This document shows positions 1-9,270 of a DNA stretch of 64,000 bases, piece by piece. The position numbers and the translations under genes were made by a program. The notes below the pieces were generated by a model. That model did not search any database, was not told where the DNA came from, and saw only the letters and a list, made by a program, of their open reading frames with translations. Position 1 is the first letter of the stretch; every line of letters starts with the position of its first letter. Source of the DNA: an uncultured Pseudomonadales bacterium. GTDB lineage: Bacteria; Patescibacteriota; Microgenomatia; UBA1400; MFAQ01. The DNA is taken from the NCBI GenBank assembly GCA_964586045.1, contig CAZPFY010000001.1:154-64153 (forward strand), read 5' to 3'.

Positions 1-110
1 GTGCCTCTTAATACCTGGCGCTGCGGCTAAAGCCTTACGCGTTTCACCCTTGATTGGCTCAATTTGTTTAAGAACTCAAGAACAAAACAGAGAGTGTAGA
101 AAGTGTGGCG

Positions 111-150
111 GAGATTGCTTCGGTTCAGAGTACTGAAACTCGCAATGACG
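111..150. repeat. CGTC-type palindromic repeat, single arm (GAGATTGCTTCG...CTCGCAATGACG)
   Basis: Matches the arms at 59561-59604 and 61563-61606; internal hairpin TTCAG-AGTA-CTGAA. Confidence 0.85.
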
Positions 151-161
151 TATGTGGATAG

Positions 162-189
162 TTGACATAGTATCTGCGGGATGTAGAAT
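162..189 (+). promoter_or_regulatory. Putative sigma70 promoter for rho
   Basis: TTGACA-16nt-TAGAAT upstream of the rho start. Confidence 0.6.
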
Positions 190-271
190 AACAGTGTTGC
201 TTACTTTTTCCCTTTAATGACTTCATTTTTTCAGTTTTCCAAAATTTAATTAATTATTTTCCAATAAACAT

Positions 272-1918
272 ATGGCACCAAGGCCTAAAAAGATCGTAGA
301 TAGTGGTTTGTCGATTGTAGAAGACTCAAAAAAGAATCCAGAACCTGTTGTAGATACTATAGAGAATACTGTTGTGGCTAAAAAAGCTGTTAATGTCGAA
401 AAAACGGCGAAGATTGCTTCGGTCCAGACACCAGAGGGGGATGGATCCTCCCGTGGAGATACACGGGATAAACTACTCAAGTCCGGGATGACAGATGGAG
501 GAGTAAAAGAACTCAAGGACTCAAAACTTCCGCCAGAGGTGGACAGGCAAGAACTTAAAACAGAACTAGTTAGAGTTGAAGAACAAAAAAAAGAAGAGAT
601 TAAGGCACCGGAGAAGTATGTGATTCCCCCTTCTAACTTACCTAACCAAAATCAAATGAGGCCTGGATTTGCGCCTAGGTATGGAAGTTTTAACAGAAAC
701 CAAAATTTTAATAACAATAATAACAATCAGGGGTTTAACGCTCCGAGGTTTTCGCGCCCAATTATAGCCAGTGAGCCAATAGTAACCGAAGAAATAACGG
801 GAATTTTTGATCAAACAGGAACCGACGGCCGAGGCATTGTGCGAGCTGGATTTCGCCCTGGAGAAACGGACGCGGTAGTTCAGTCGATGCAAGCTAAGCA
901 AGTGCGCCTTCGCCCTGGAGATATGGTAACTGGTCAAGCCAGAAAACCAAAAGAAAATGAACCTTACTGGACAATGATGCAGATTACGAAAGTAAACGGA
1001 GAAGAACCATCAAAAATGTTTGAGAGACCAAGGTTTGAAAAGGGAACGCCAATTTATCCGTTTGAAAAATTTAAATTAGAAACAAGTAAAGAAATTTTGT
1101 CGACCCGTTTGGTAGATTTGGTCGCTCCTATTGGTAGAGGGCAACGTGGGCTGATTGTATCGCCTCCCAAAGCTGGAAAAACCACGGTGATAAAAGAAAT
1201 GGCAAGTGGAATTGCGACCAATTATCCCGATGTTCATATTATGGCAGTGCTGGTAGGTGAGCGACCTGAAGAAGTTACGGACATTAGCCGACATATAATT
1301 GCGATAACCAAAAATAGTGCCATGCCAGGAGAAACAGCGGCGAGTAACTTTGATGAAAAGGCTGAAGACCAGACAAAAGTTTCGGAACTAGCACTGGAAA
1401 GAGCAAAAAGGCTTGTGGAAATGGGGAAGGATGTAGTCATTTTGTTGGACTCAATTACGCGTTTGGCTCGGGCGTATAACTTGGCAATCCCGACGTCCGG
1501 AAGAACCTTGTCGGGTGGATTTGATCCCGCCGCTCTTTATCCACCAAAAAAATTCTTTGGTGCAGCACGAAAAATTGAAGGTGGGGGGAGTTTGACGATT
1601 ATTGGAACAGCTTTGACTGATACTGGTTCGCGCATGGATGACCTGGTTTATGAAGAATTTAAGGGAACGGGTAATATGGAACTGCATTTGGATCGCAGGT
1701 TGGCTGAACGCAGAATTTATCCATCGGTAGATGTAATGCGGTCTAGTACTCGTCGAGATGATCTTCTTTTTGAATCTATGGAATATCAAAGTGTCATCCT
1801 TATGCGTCGTATGCTCGATATGCTTAATGACGGAGAAAGAACTGAAGTTTTAACGGGTAGAATAGCGAGAACCAAGAGCAACAAAGAATTTTTGGCTTCG
1901 TTAAAAGATGGAGGATAA
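272..1918 (+). CDS. rho: Transcription termination factor Rho with a long low-complexity N-terminal extension
   Basis: PIGRGQRGLIVSPPKAGKTT, GERPEEVTD, LLDSITRLARAYN and EEFKGTGNMEL motifs. Confidence 0.97.
   Translation: MAPRPKKIVDSGLSIVEDSKKNPEPVVDTIENTVVAKKAVNVEKTAKIASVQTPEGDGSSRGDTRDKLLKSGMTDGGVKELKDSKLPPEVDRQELKTELVRVEEQKKEEIKAPEKYVIPPSNLPNQNQMRPGFAPRYGSFNRNQNFNNNNNNQGFNAPRFSRPIIASEPIVTEEITGIFDQTGTDGRGIVRAGFRPGETDAVVQSMQAKQVRLRPGDMVTGQARKPKENEPYWTMMQITKVNGEEPSKMFERPRFEKGTPIYPFEKFKLETSKEILSTRLVDLVAPIGRGQRGLIVSPPKAGKTTVIKEMASGIATNYPDVHIMAVLVGERPEEVTDISRHIIAITKNSAMPGETAASNFDEKAEDQTKVSELALERAKRLVEMGKDVVILLDSITRLARAYNLAIPTSGRTLSGGFDPAALYPPKKFFGAARKIEGGGSLTIIGTALTDTGSRMDDLVYEEFKGTGNMELHLDRRLAERRIYPSVDVMRSSTRRDDLLFESMEYQSVILMRRMLDMLNDGERTEVLTGRIARTKSNKEFLASLKDGG
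441..492. repeat. Palindromic repeat (GGATCC...TCAAGTCCGGGATGAC type) inserted in frame in the rho N-terminal region
   Basis: Ends in GTCCGGGATGAC; nested hairpin CCCGTG-GAGATA-CACGGG is related to the one at 62928-62947. Confidence 0.65.
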
Positions 1919-1961
1919 CACAAAATTCAAAAAATCAAAAAATCTAAAACGAAAAATAATG

Positions 1962-1990
1962 AAAACCCCCGCCATTCGGCGGGGTTTTTG
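1962..1990. terminator. Bidirectional intrinsic terminator
   Basis: GC-rich hairpin CCCCGCC-ATTC-GGCGGGG with a 5' A-tract and 3' T-tract, between convergent genes. Confidence 0.85.
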
Positions 1991-2054
1991 TATTTGAAAG
2001 TAATATTACGGGCGAACAACGGGACAAGTGGTACTTGTGCCAGTTCCTGATTGA

Positions 2055-2450
2055 TTAGTAGTTGGGTTGGCAAGTGAAGTCGACGGCCATTGGCTCTTTG
2101 GTTTGGAAAGTCCAAGTAACGACAAAGGACTTTGCTTTTTCCGAATAGCTATCGCTTGGCTTTATGATTGCCGTTGCCACTGAAGGGTTTTGCTTGGGAT
2201 CGAATCGAACATCGGTACTTTTGATTTCATCTTTTAACCAAGGGGCCAGACTATTGCAGGCGTTGGTGATGTATTCAAAAATTTCATCCTTGTTTTCTTC
2301 GAAGTAGGTATTAAAACCATACGGATCTTCGGCGGGGTTAACTTCGGTTGTGGGTTGGGTGTCCAATATTTCGGGTGAATAAAAAGTGCTGGTAACGGTG
2401 GCGGCGATAACGGCTATGAGCAAAATCCAGAGAATTCTTTTGGATGGCAT
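2055..2450 (-). CDS. Hypothetical secreted or membrane-anchored protein
   Basis: ORF; AGGAGG SD before MPSKRIL; N-terminal hydrophobic helix. Confidence 0.7.
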   Translation of the reverse strand: MPSKRILWILLIAVIAATVTSTFYSPEILDTQPTTEVNPAEDPYGFNTYFEENKDEIFEYITNACNSLAPWLKDEIKSTDVRFDPKQNPSVATAIIKPSDSYSEKAKSFVVTWTFQTKEPMAVDFTCQPNY

Positions 2451-2452
2451 AA

Positions 2453-2764
2453 TTATTCCTCCTTTGGCTTTGTGGTCAGCATTGTGGCTTTCGTAGCCCA
2501 CCGGCTAACAACTTCGATGAGAAGGGCTTGGTCGGGGACGGTGCCGTTGGGCATCAGCTCGACGGCGATCCATTTGCGTTTGGGGCTGGAGGTGATTTCG
2601 GCGATTACATCGGTGTCGCCCAGAAGATCTCTTTTGGGGCCGTGGACAATGAGTTTTGGCCCGGCATTGGAAATGAGCCACTTCTTTTCTTTGAGAATCG
2701 GATCGTTTTTGAATTTGTTAGTTAAAAAATTACATGTTAATATTAAAAAACCATTTTTTGCCAT
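2453..2764 (-). CDS. Hypothetical protein
   Basis: ORF; AAGGAG SD before MAKNGF; tightly packed operon. Confidence 0.6.
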   Translation of the reverse strand: MAKNGFLILTCNFLTNKFKNDPILKEKKWLISNAGPKLIVHGPKRDLLGDTDVIAEITSSPKRKWIAVELMPNGTVPDQALLIEVVSRWATKATMLTTKPKEE

Positions 2765-2781
2765 TGGTATCTCCTTTGAAA

Positions 2782-3054
2782 TTAAAAGTCGTTTAACATA
2801 ACCACAAGAAGGTTTTGGAGGTATTCGTATGCTTTGGGAACGGGGACAAAACAAATGACGTAGGCGCCAGAGGAGGTGTTTACCTCGAGAAGCGTGATAA
2901 ACATTTTACTTCCTTCGATTTTGCTGCAAATGACAAGAATGTCTTTTGGGTCAAGTTTTCCACCTTGAGATGATCTCCCATACATTGCGATGTCTTCATT
3001 GTGAGTTATGCGACCAGTGAGATATTGAAATAATAGTTCCACCAATTTAGTCAT
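2782..3054 (-). CDS. Hypothetical protein
   Basis: ORF with AAGGAG SD; first gene of a 3-gene cassette. Confidence 0.6.
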   Translation of the reverse strand: MTKLVELLFQYLTGRITHNEDIAMYGRSSQGGKLDPKDILVICSKIEGSKMFITLLEVNTSSGAYVICFVPVPKAYEYLQNLLVVMLNDF

Positions 3055-3109
3055 GCCTATTTCTCCTTTTGATTTGGTAAAGACCTTAACCTATATATTT
3101 TATCACAAA

Positions 3110-4657
3110 TTATTTGGGTGTTGGGTAGGTGAAGGAGGATTCGAGGCTGGTGGAGAGGGTTTGGCCGAAGAAGTTGAGAGTTTGGGGGGAGCTTGGAAAG
3201 CCATTTTGTTTGAGGAGAGTAAGGGAGTAATCGCAGATAGTGTTGGGGAGGGGATGGATTGCCGCGGCCGACCCAAAGTCGGCCTCGCAATGACGATTTG
3301 GGAGGGAGTAGGAGAGGTTAATTTCACTCGTGTTACCGGCGAGGGTAAGATGCCAAAAATTTACGATCTTAAATTTTTGATTGGAGGTATTGGCATAGGT
3401 TGCCGCACTATCCCCCGGATCCAGGTCCGGGGCTAAAGGCTGGGACGCAATGACTGGTGTTTGGTTGATGAGGACGTCGGGGGAGAAACCGGCGGAGGTG
3501 GTGGCTACTTCGGTATGAGAGATGTTGATGTCGGTGGCGTTTTGGGGCAGATAGAGGCGTAGGAAAGCGATGTAGTGGCCACCGTATTGAAGGGGTGGGT
3601 TGGGGTTGGCCTCGGGGGAGGAGTTTTGGAACTGGATGTTTACTTGGTGCTTAACTTGTATGGATTGCCACGTCGGAGTACCTCCTCGCAATGACGGACT
3701 GGGGTTCTGCTTAGTGGCAAGGCTGTCCGGAATGACAGAAATGATGTGGGTGGTGTGGCGAGTGACGTAGGCGTTGGCCTTGTTAGCGCCAAGATTGACT
3801 TCAACTAAACCAAAATGGTCAAAAGAACTGGGTTGATATTCACCAGCGAATTTTTGAGAGATGAGAAAATTTTGAAAATTGGAATTGGTGCTATTGAGGA
3901 CGATGTTTTGATTTTTTAAATCGGTATAAATTATTTTGGTGATCTGATATTTTTTGGAAAGACTAAGGGATTTTATTTTTTTGAATGTTGCGGTGCCAAC
4001 TGCGTGCAGAGCATCGGCTTTTTGGGTGGAGCCGGGGAAAAAGTTGAGTTCGGCTTTGCCCTGGAGGAATAAATAGAGATTGTCGGGAGTGATAGTAGCG
4101 TTGTATTCGGAAACGGTAACTGTGCCAATGAGATTAAATATTTTTTTAATGGTGGAGAGATTGATTAGGCCAAGAATGTTGGGATTGACCTCCTTACCCT
4201 TTTCTAAAAACCAACGAATGGTGGTAGCGGTGGTGGGAAAGTTGGGGTCCCAGTCGGCATTGGCTAACTCCCAAGTGCCGTGGCCAAAGGCTTGCTGGAT
4301 AGGATCTGGTGGCTTAACGTAGCCGTCTAGTTGGCCATTGGGGACGTAGATGTCGTGAAATGAAATGCTAATATCGTCATTGTGAAGAACAGAGTTCTGA
4401 AGCAATCCCCGACGCGGAGATTGCTTCGTCGTTTCACTCCTCGCAATGACGGCTTTGGCGTAGGAACCGGCAAAGCCACCATTGGCGCGAGCTTCGGTAT
4501 CGTTACCTAGAAGAAAGAGATAGGTGGTGGGGGAATTTTTGCCTAATAAATAATTTATATATGGCAAAAAAGGATTCAAAAACTCAAAAACTCGAAAACT
4601 CAAAATGATGAGAATTGTAATTATTAGAAAAGTGGTGAGGAGAAGTTTTTTCTTCAC
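3110..4657 (-). CDS. DUF4012-family membrane-anchored protein with several in-frame repeat insertions
   Basis: N-terminal TM; YLFLLGNDTEARANGGFAGSY, ANADWDPNFP and VEVNLGANKAN motifs. Confidence 0.85.
   Translation of the reverse strand: MKKKLLLTTFLIITILIILSFRVFEFLNPFLPYINYLLGKNSPTTYLFLLGNDTEARANGGFAGSYAKAVIARSETTKQSPRRGLLQNSVLHNDDISISFHDIYVPNGQLDGYVKPPDPIQQAFGHGTWELANADWDPNFPTTATTIRWFLEKGKEVNPNILGLINLSTIKKIFNLIGTVTVSEYNATITPDNLYLFLQGKAELNFFPGSTQKADALHAVGTATFKKIKSLSLSKKYQITKIIYTDLKNQNIVLNSTNSNFQNFLISQKFAGEYQPSSFDHFGLVEVNLGANKANAYVTRHTTHIISVIPDSLATKQNPSPSLRGGTPTWQSIQVKHQVNIQFQNSSPEANPNPPLQYGGHYIAFLRLYLPQNATDINISHTEVATTSAGFSPDVLINQTPVIASQPLAPDLDPGDSAATYANTSNQKFKIVNFWHLTLAGNTSEINLSYSLPNRHCEADFGSAAAIHPLPNTICDYSLTLLKQNGFPSSPQTLNFFGQTLSTSLESSFTYPTPK
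3254..3295. repeat. CGTC-type repeat arm in DUF4012 gene (reads RHCEADFGSAAAIH)
   Basis: ATGGATTGCCGC-GGCCGAC-CCAAA-GTCGGCC-TCGCAATGACG. Confidence 0.85.
3398..3454. repeat. CGTC-type arm with nested CCCGGATCCAGGTCCGGG hairpin in DUF4012 gene (VIASQPLAPDLDPGDSAAT)
   Basis: GGTTGCCGC...CGCAATGAC ends. Confidence 0.7.
3660..3736. repeat. CGTC-type arm (3660-3696) plus adjacent GTCCGGAATGAC remnant in DUF4012 gene
   Basis: ATGGATTGCCACGTCGGAGTACCTCCTCGCAATGACG; reads VIPD...SLRGGTPTWQSI. Confidence 0.75.
4375..4451. repeat. Complete inverted-dimer CGTC repeat in DUF4012 gene (VIARSETTKQSPRRGLLQNSVLHNDD)
   Basis: CGTCATTGTGA...GAAGCAATC / GATTGCTTC...TCGCAATGACG. Confidence 0.9.
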
Positions 4658-4673
4658 TGGTTTATTTTAGACT

Positions 4674-4702
4674 AAAAAAACCGCTCTCGGAATGAGAGCG
4701 GT
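4674..4702 (-). terminator. Intrinsic terminator of the 4.7-6.2 kb cassette
   Basis: ACCGCTCTC/GAGAGCGGT stem followed by a T-tract on the minus strand. Confidence 0.75.
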
Positions 4703-4717
4703 GAGGTTGAACATGTT

Positions 4718-5074
4718 TTATTTTATATTGGGATTGATGTAAAGGCAGTAGTTGTACCCGTTGGTGTTTACCACTGGTTGGACTTTGAGATTGATTGTCA
4801 TGACGAGTGGATTGAGATGTACGCCGAAGACGGTTACGGCGAATTGAAGATAATCGTTAAGTTCCAGCTCGATGTTTTTGCTGGACAAAACAACTGTGGT
4901 CCTTAGTTCGTTTGACGAAGCCTTTTTGTAAATGATGAGGGGGAAGGCGCCGTTGTTGGTAAGAATTGGGGTTCCGTTACCGTCGACCGTTACGCTGATC
5001 ATAAAACCAGTGGGGTAGAGACCGGGGATCACTGGGGGTTGGTTATTGATTCGATCTGGCCAAGGTGGATGCAA
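4718..5074 (-). CDS. Hypothetical protein; start uncertain, possibly frameshifted from the ATG at 5154
   Basis: ORF; weak similarity to neighbours (VIPGLYPTGF vs VIEGLNPTNL). Confidence 0.45.
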   Translation of the reverse strand: MHPPWPDRINNQPPVIPGLYPTGFMISVTVDGNGTPILTNNGAFPLIIYKKASSNELRTTVVLSSKNIELELNDYLQFAVTVFGVHLNPLVMTINLKVQPVVNTNGYNYCLYINPNIK

Positions 5075-5190
5075 ATAGCATCGTTGTACATACCGAAGCC
5101 GCTGGTATCTGCAAAGCTTATAACTTTTGGTAATCCTTTTCCTTTTTGAGTCATTGTTTTCTTCTGTTTTTTGAATGGATGGTGAAGAAT

Positions 5191-5559
5191 TTAAAAACTT
5201 ACGGCAAAGTGGACCCAGCCTGCAGTTGTAGATAGAATCCTTAGTTTAACAACTACAACTTTGGTTTGGCCTTTGGGGACGGCCATAAAGTAGTAATCAA
5301 CGGCCTCGCTTTGTTCCTGGGTGTATTCTGATTTGGAAGTATCGATTCCCTCCTCATCAAATTGGACCAATGAAGTTTTTCCTAGAGATTTAATTATCAA
5401 GGTGTCTTTGTCAAAGCTGAGCTGGAGGCGCAGATTTGTTGGATTGAGACCTTCGATAACAAAAATTGGGAGGGAAGTTTCTTTGTCTGGTTTGCTTGTC
5501 CTGACAAAAGCAACTCTTGTAATTTGTATTTGGTTGTAGCCAGGGTTTAAATGATTCAC
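5191..5559 (-). CDS. Hypothetical protein
   Basis: ORF with AAGGAG SD and GTG start. Confidence 0.6.
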   Translation of the reverse strand: MNHLNPGYNQIQITRVAFVRTSKPDKETSLPIFVIEGLNPTNLRLQLSFDKDTLIIKSLGKTSLVQFDEEGIDTSKSEYTQEQSEAVDYYFMAVPKGQTKVVVVKLRILSTTAGWVHFAVSF

Positions 5560-5568
5560 AGATACTCC

Positions 5569-5787
5569 TTAGATGATTTTTTTGAGGATAAAGTATTCAG
5601 AGACAAGTGCCAAGAGAGCAGAGACGATTATGGAGCTGAGTTCACCGACAAATGGCTTTATTAGTGTGTAGATGCCAACGGCGGCTAGAGCGACTAAAAT
5701 AATGAGCCACCACAGTTGAGACAGTAAGGAGATAAAAAACAAATTTACCAGTTTTTTGTCTGGTTTGTTTGGCTGACTCGTTTTCAT
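5569..5787 (-). CDS. Small two-TM membrane protein
   Basis: Two hydrophobic segments; operon context. Confidence 0.6.
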   Translation of the reverse strand: MKTSQPNKPDKKLVNLFFISLLSQLWWLIILVALAAVGIYTLIKPFVGELSSIIVSALLALVSEYFILKKII

Positions 5788-5801
5788 TTTTTCCGCCTAC
5801 T

Positions 5802-6239
5802 TTAAACAATTTTGTATTCGAGGTAGAGGGTTCTGTCGTCGGTAGTGGTATTGATGCCAAGCTTGACGATTTTGAAGCCACTGTGGATGTTGGAGTACGC
5901 TATAAAGGTGAAGTAGCGGTAAGTAAAATCGACATAAGGTTGGAGATCGATACTTCCACCGGGCCGGATTTCGGTTAGAACTGGCTTGGGGATACGCGAG
6001 GTGCGACTGATTTCGACCAGTGTTACCGTGGTCTGGCTCCAGTTCATGATTTTGAGGAGGTTTGGGCCGCTGGCGTTGGTCATAGAGATGTTTAAGCGAA
6101 GTTCGGCAAGTGCGAGAAGGCCGTCCAAGATTATGTCGCCTTCCCTTGGTTCGAAAGTGGTTAGGGTGATGCATTGGCGTGGGGCGCGAGCTAATGTAAC
6201 TTTGTGATCTAGATTGGGACGAAGAAGATAGGGTTCCAT
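5802..6239 (-). CDS. Hypothetical protein
   Basis: ORF with AAAGGAG SD. Confidence 0.6.
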   Translation of the reverse strand: MEPYLLRPNLDHKVTLARAPRQCITLTTFEPREGDIILDGLLALAELRLNISMTNASGPNLLKIMNWSQTTVTLVEISRTSRIPKPVLTEIRPGGSIDLQPYVDFTYRYFTFIAYSNIHSGFKIVKLGINTTTDDRTLYLEYKIV

Positions 6240-6339
6240 ACAGTACAGGCTCCTTTTTTAAAGTGATGGATATACCTATATTATATCAGTTAGGCTTAGA
6301 ATAGTTGACTGGTTGTATGGATAATGGTAATATTCATAC

Positions 6340-6582
6340 ATGGTTACAACAATAAACATCTCTTTACCCAAGAAACTCAAGGAGGCGGCCGATGCTCTAG
6401 TCGCTGACGGGGAGTACGCATCTTTTAGTGATTTGGCCAGATCAGCGATACGGGAGGCTGTCTTGGATCGTAAATATAAAGCAATTATTGAGGAATCGAA
6501 GAGGGAGGAGGCACTTGGAACAGCAACTGTTTTGAATGGCCCAAAAGATATTGACGAATTTATGAGTAAATTTGGAAAGTGA
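6340..6582 (+). CDS. Ribbon-helix-helix antitoxin (ParD/CopG-like)
   Basis: TINISLPKKLKEAADALVADGEYASFSDLARSAIR; overlaps the toxin start. Confidence 0.8.
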   Translation: MVTTINISLPKKLKEAADALVADGEYASFSDLARSAIREAVLDRKYKAIIEESKREEALGTATVLNGPKDIDEFMSKFGK

Positions 6583-6836
6583 TTATCGTTTCAACAAAAC
6601 CATTTATAAGGCAACTAGCTGATTTGATTCGGAAAAATAATAAATATAAAATTAAGGTGGCAAGGATATTGAAGTTAATGGATTTTGACCTTAGACATCC
6701 TTCTTTAAGAATTCACAAAATAAAAGGAGTAGACTACTATTCTGTGTCTGTAGACATGAAGATTAGAATACTCTATGAAAAAGATAGCAATATGATTCGT
6801 TTAATTGAGATAGGTAATCATGATGAAGTTTATTGA
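6579..6836 (+). CDS. RelE/YafQ-superfamily type II toxin
   Basis: HPSLRIHKIKG, YSVSVDMKIRI and IGNHDEVY motifs; GTGA overlap. Confidence 0.8.
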   Translation: MIIVSTKPFIRQLADLIRKNNKYKIKVARILKLMDFDLRHPSLRIHKIKGVDYYSVSVDMKIRILYEKDSNMIRLIEIGNHDEVY

Positions 6837-7596
6837 AGAAATAATTAAGTGGGGGAAGCTGACACCAATATATGATTTGTTGGGGAAGCGGTCGTATGCC
6901 CAGAGCGGGGAGGATGTGGTGGTGGATGCTATTTTGAATCGACAGAAGAGAGGCTTTTATGTAGACGTGGGGGCATATCACCCCAAAGTTTTTTCGAATA
7001 CTTATTTGTTTTATAAACGGGGATGGAAAGGGGTTTGTGTTGAGCCAAACCCGGGGGCAAAAATACTTTTTGAGATTGTGAGACTGAGAGATAGGTTTGT
7101 GGGGTGCGGGGTGGGGGAAAAAACTCAAAAACTCAAAAACTCAAAAACTCAAAATAATGTGATGGAATATTATGTTTTTGGGGAGGGGGCGACAAATACA
7201 TTTTCGAAAAAACAAAGAAATGAAAATATACGATCTTCAAGGAGACTCCTTGAAGTTAAAAAGATTCCGGTGAAAACCTTGAAGGAGATTTTGGATGAGA
7301 ATGTGCCAAAAGGGCAAAAGATTGATTTGATGAGTGTGGATGTGGAAGGGATGGATTTGGAAGTATTGAAAAGTAATGATTGGAAAAAATATCGACCGAA
7401 GGTGGTGATTGCGGAAGATATGACCGGCGTCATCGCGAAGCGTGAAATGCTGTGGCGATCCAGAAAGGGGATGGATTGCCACGGTTCGAGTACGAAACTC
7501 GCAATGACGAATGATAGTGTTGTTGGTTATTTGGTTGGGAAGGGGTATAGATTGGTAGGGATGACGGGGTATTCGATGATTTTTAGAATCGGCTGA
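6820..7596 (+). CDS. FkbM-family SAM-dependent methyltransferase with two in-frame repeat insertions
   Basis: SYAQSGED, FYVDVGAYHP, VEPNP and IDLMSVDVEG motifs. Confidence 0.88.
   Translation: MMKFIEEIIKWGKLTPIYDLLGKRSYAQSGEDVVVDAILNRQKRGFYVDVGAYHPKVFSNTYLFYKRGWKGVCVEPNPGAKILFEIVRLRDRFVGCGVGEKTQKLKNSKTQNNVMEYYVFGEGATNTFSKKQRNENIRSSRRLLEVKKIPVKTLKEILDENVPKGQKIDLMSVDVEGMDLEVLKSNDWKKYRPKVVIAEDMTGVIAKREMLWRSRKGMDCHGSSTKLAMTNDSVVGYLVGKGYRLVGMTGYSMIFRIG
7120..7154 (+). repeat. 8-nt tandem repeat (AAAACTCA)x4, in frame (KTQKLKNSKTQN)
   Basis: Read directly. Confidence 0.85.
7428..7509. repeat. Complete inverted-dimer CGTC repeat in the methyltransferase gene
   Basis: CGTCATCGCGA...GTGGCGATCC / GGATTGCCAC...TCGCAATGACG. 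Confidence 0.9.
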
Positions 7597-7673
7597 GTCA
7601 GCACGCACTACGCGCTGTCGGCAAGAGTCAGCAGAGTCGGTGTGGAGAGATGATAGAATTGGTGTTGGACTAA

Positions 7674-8822
7674 ATGAAGATAAAACATTTTTTTAATTAT
7701 TGGATTAGAGATTTTGGAGTTTTTTTGAGGTTATTTTTTTTACATATCTTGGAAGTTTATTTGAGCCCTAAGTTTGATTATTTTGAGTCGATTAAATCGA
7801 CTTTGGTAGGAAAACTTTACGCGCAAAGAGGGAAAAATTCTCAGATGATTGTAAATTTGACCATGATTACGGTGATGGTTTTGAGTGTCGTTTTTGGGCC
7901 GTCGCTGGTAGTTAATGATTTGCAGGCCCAATCGGTAATGTCCTTGGGACTTGGCGCTAAATTTGCTTTTGCCCAAGAGGGAACTGGTGGAGCGGTAGAT
8001 GAGATGGCGCTGGATGGAAGTGCGCAAGTAGATCCTTTGACTCAGGTTTCGGACAAACCAAGAGCGGAAGTTTTGGAATATACAATAGAAGATGGGGATA
8101 CCTTGGCCGCCATAGCGAAAAAATTTGGAGTAGATACGGATTCGATTAAGTGGCTGAATAAAGATGTCAACGAAAAGAAAATAAAACCGGGAACTGCTTT
8201 GAAAATTCCACCAGTAACGGGAGTGGTGCACGGAGTAAAAGCGGGAGAAACAATTTATTCGATTGCCAAAAAATATAATGTCTCGGCTCAGTCGATTGTT
8301 GATTTTCCGTTTAATGAATTTAGTAACGATGAGACTTTTGCTTTAGCTATTGGCCAGCAAATAATTGTGCCAGATGGAGAGATGCCGGATGAGCCAATTA
8401 TGTCGCCAAGAGGCAATCTCGCTGGTATTCTTACACCCAATGCAGGGAATATTTCGGCGACGGGAAAATGGCTATGGCCAGCGGCTGGTTCGATTACTCA
8501 GTACTTTAAGCCGTGGCATAAGGGTTTGGATATTGCGAACCATTCTGGCGGAGCTATTTTGGCCGCTGATTCTGGAACTATAGTTGTGGCGGGCTGGCCG
8601 GATAACACGGGCTACGGAAATAGGGTCATGATAGATCACGGAAATGGCTACAAGACGCTCTATGCCCATTTGAGCAAGATAGCAGTTACGGTAGGTCAGA
8701 CTGTTAAGCGGGGAGATATGGTGGGAATGATGGGAAGCACGGGACGCTCAACAGGAACTCACCTTCACTTTGAGATCCGCACCAGTAAAGGCAACTCTGA
8801 TCCTGCGAGCGCCCTGAGGTGA
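7674..8822 (+). CDS. Membrane-anchored LysM x2 plus M23 peptidase
   Basis: Two LysM repeats; HKGLDIA, YAHL and HLHFE motifs. Confidence 0.92.
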   Translation: MKIKHFFNYWIRDFGVFLRLFFLHILEVYLSPKFDYFESIKSTLVGKLYAQRGKNSQMIVNLTMITVMVLSVVFGPSLVVNDLQAQSVMSLGLGAKFAFAQEGTGGAVDEMALDGSAQVDPLTQVSDKPRAEVLEYTIEDGDTLAAIAKKFGVDTDSIKWLNKDVNEKKIKPGTALKIPPVTGVVHGVKAGETIYSIAKKYNVSAQSIVDFPFNEFSNDETFALAIGQQIIVPDGEMPDEPIMSPRGNLAGILTPNAGNISATGKWLWPAAGSITQYFKPWHKGLDIANHSGGAILAADSGTIVVAGWPDNTGYGNRVMIDHGNGYKTLYAHLSKIAVTVGQTVKRGDMVGMMGSTGRSTGTHLHFEIRTSKGNSDPASALR

Positions 8823-8826
8823 GTAA

Positions 8827-9249
8827 CTAAATTACAGGGTTTTCGATGAGCTTTAGTTTGCGAAGAATGGGAGCAAGGAAAACCAAAATGAGAGAACCTT
8901 CGACAAAGTTGATGGTGAAGGAAAGAAAGAGAGCAAGGAGTAGGTAGTTGTAGGCCTGTTTTTTGGTAAGAGAATAATAGTGGGAGACGGAATAAAAAAC
9001 TAAGATGTAAGCGATGGTAATGAGCGGGTCGAAGTAGGTGAGACCGTTTTGGATACTAAGGTTGGCGCTAAAGGCAGAGAGAAAGCCAGAAAGAAAAACA
9101 CAGACAAGACCGAGAATTGTGGTGGTGGCGATAATTCCTAGGACTTTACCTAAGGGTTTGAGGTTGATTTTTTTGTGTTTTGATATGGGTAGTTGGGAGT
9201 TGGTGTTGGTTGAGGGAGATGTTTGAATTGGGGCTGATGGGTTGTACAT
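8827..9249 (-). CDS. Small multi-TM membrane protein
   Basis: Three to four hydrophobic segments. Confidence 0.7.
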   Translation of the reverse strand: MYNPSAPIQTSPSTNTNSQLPISKHKKINLKPLGKVLGIIATTTILGLVCVFLSGFLSAFSANLSIQNGLTYFDPLITIAYILVFYSVSHYYSLTKKQAYNYLLLALFLSFTINFVEGSLILVFLAPILRKLKLIENPVI

Positions 9250-9270
9250 AAATTTATTGTAATTGATATT

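Noticed and set aside
1-110. Partial gene or RNA at the window start
   Set aside because: Too short to assign.
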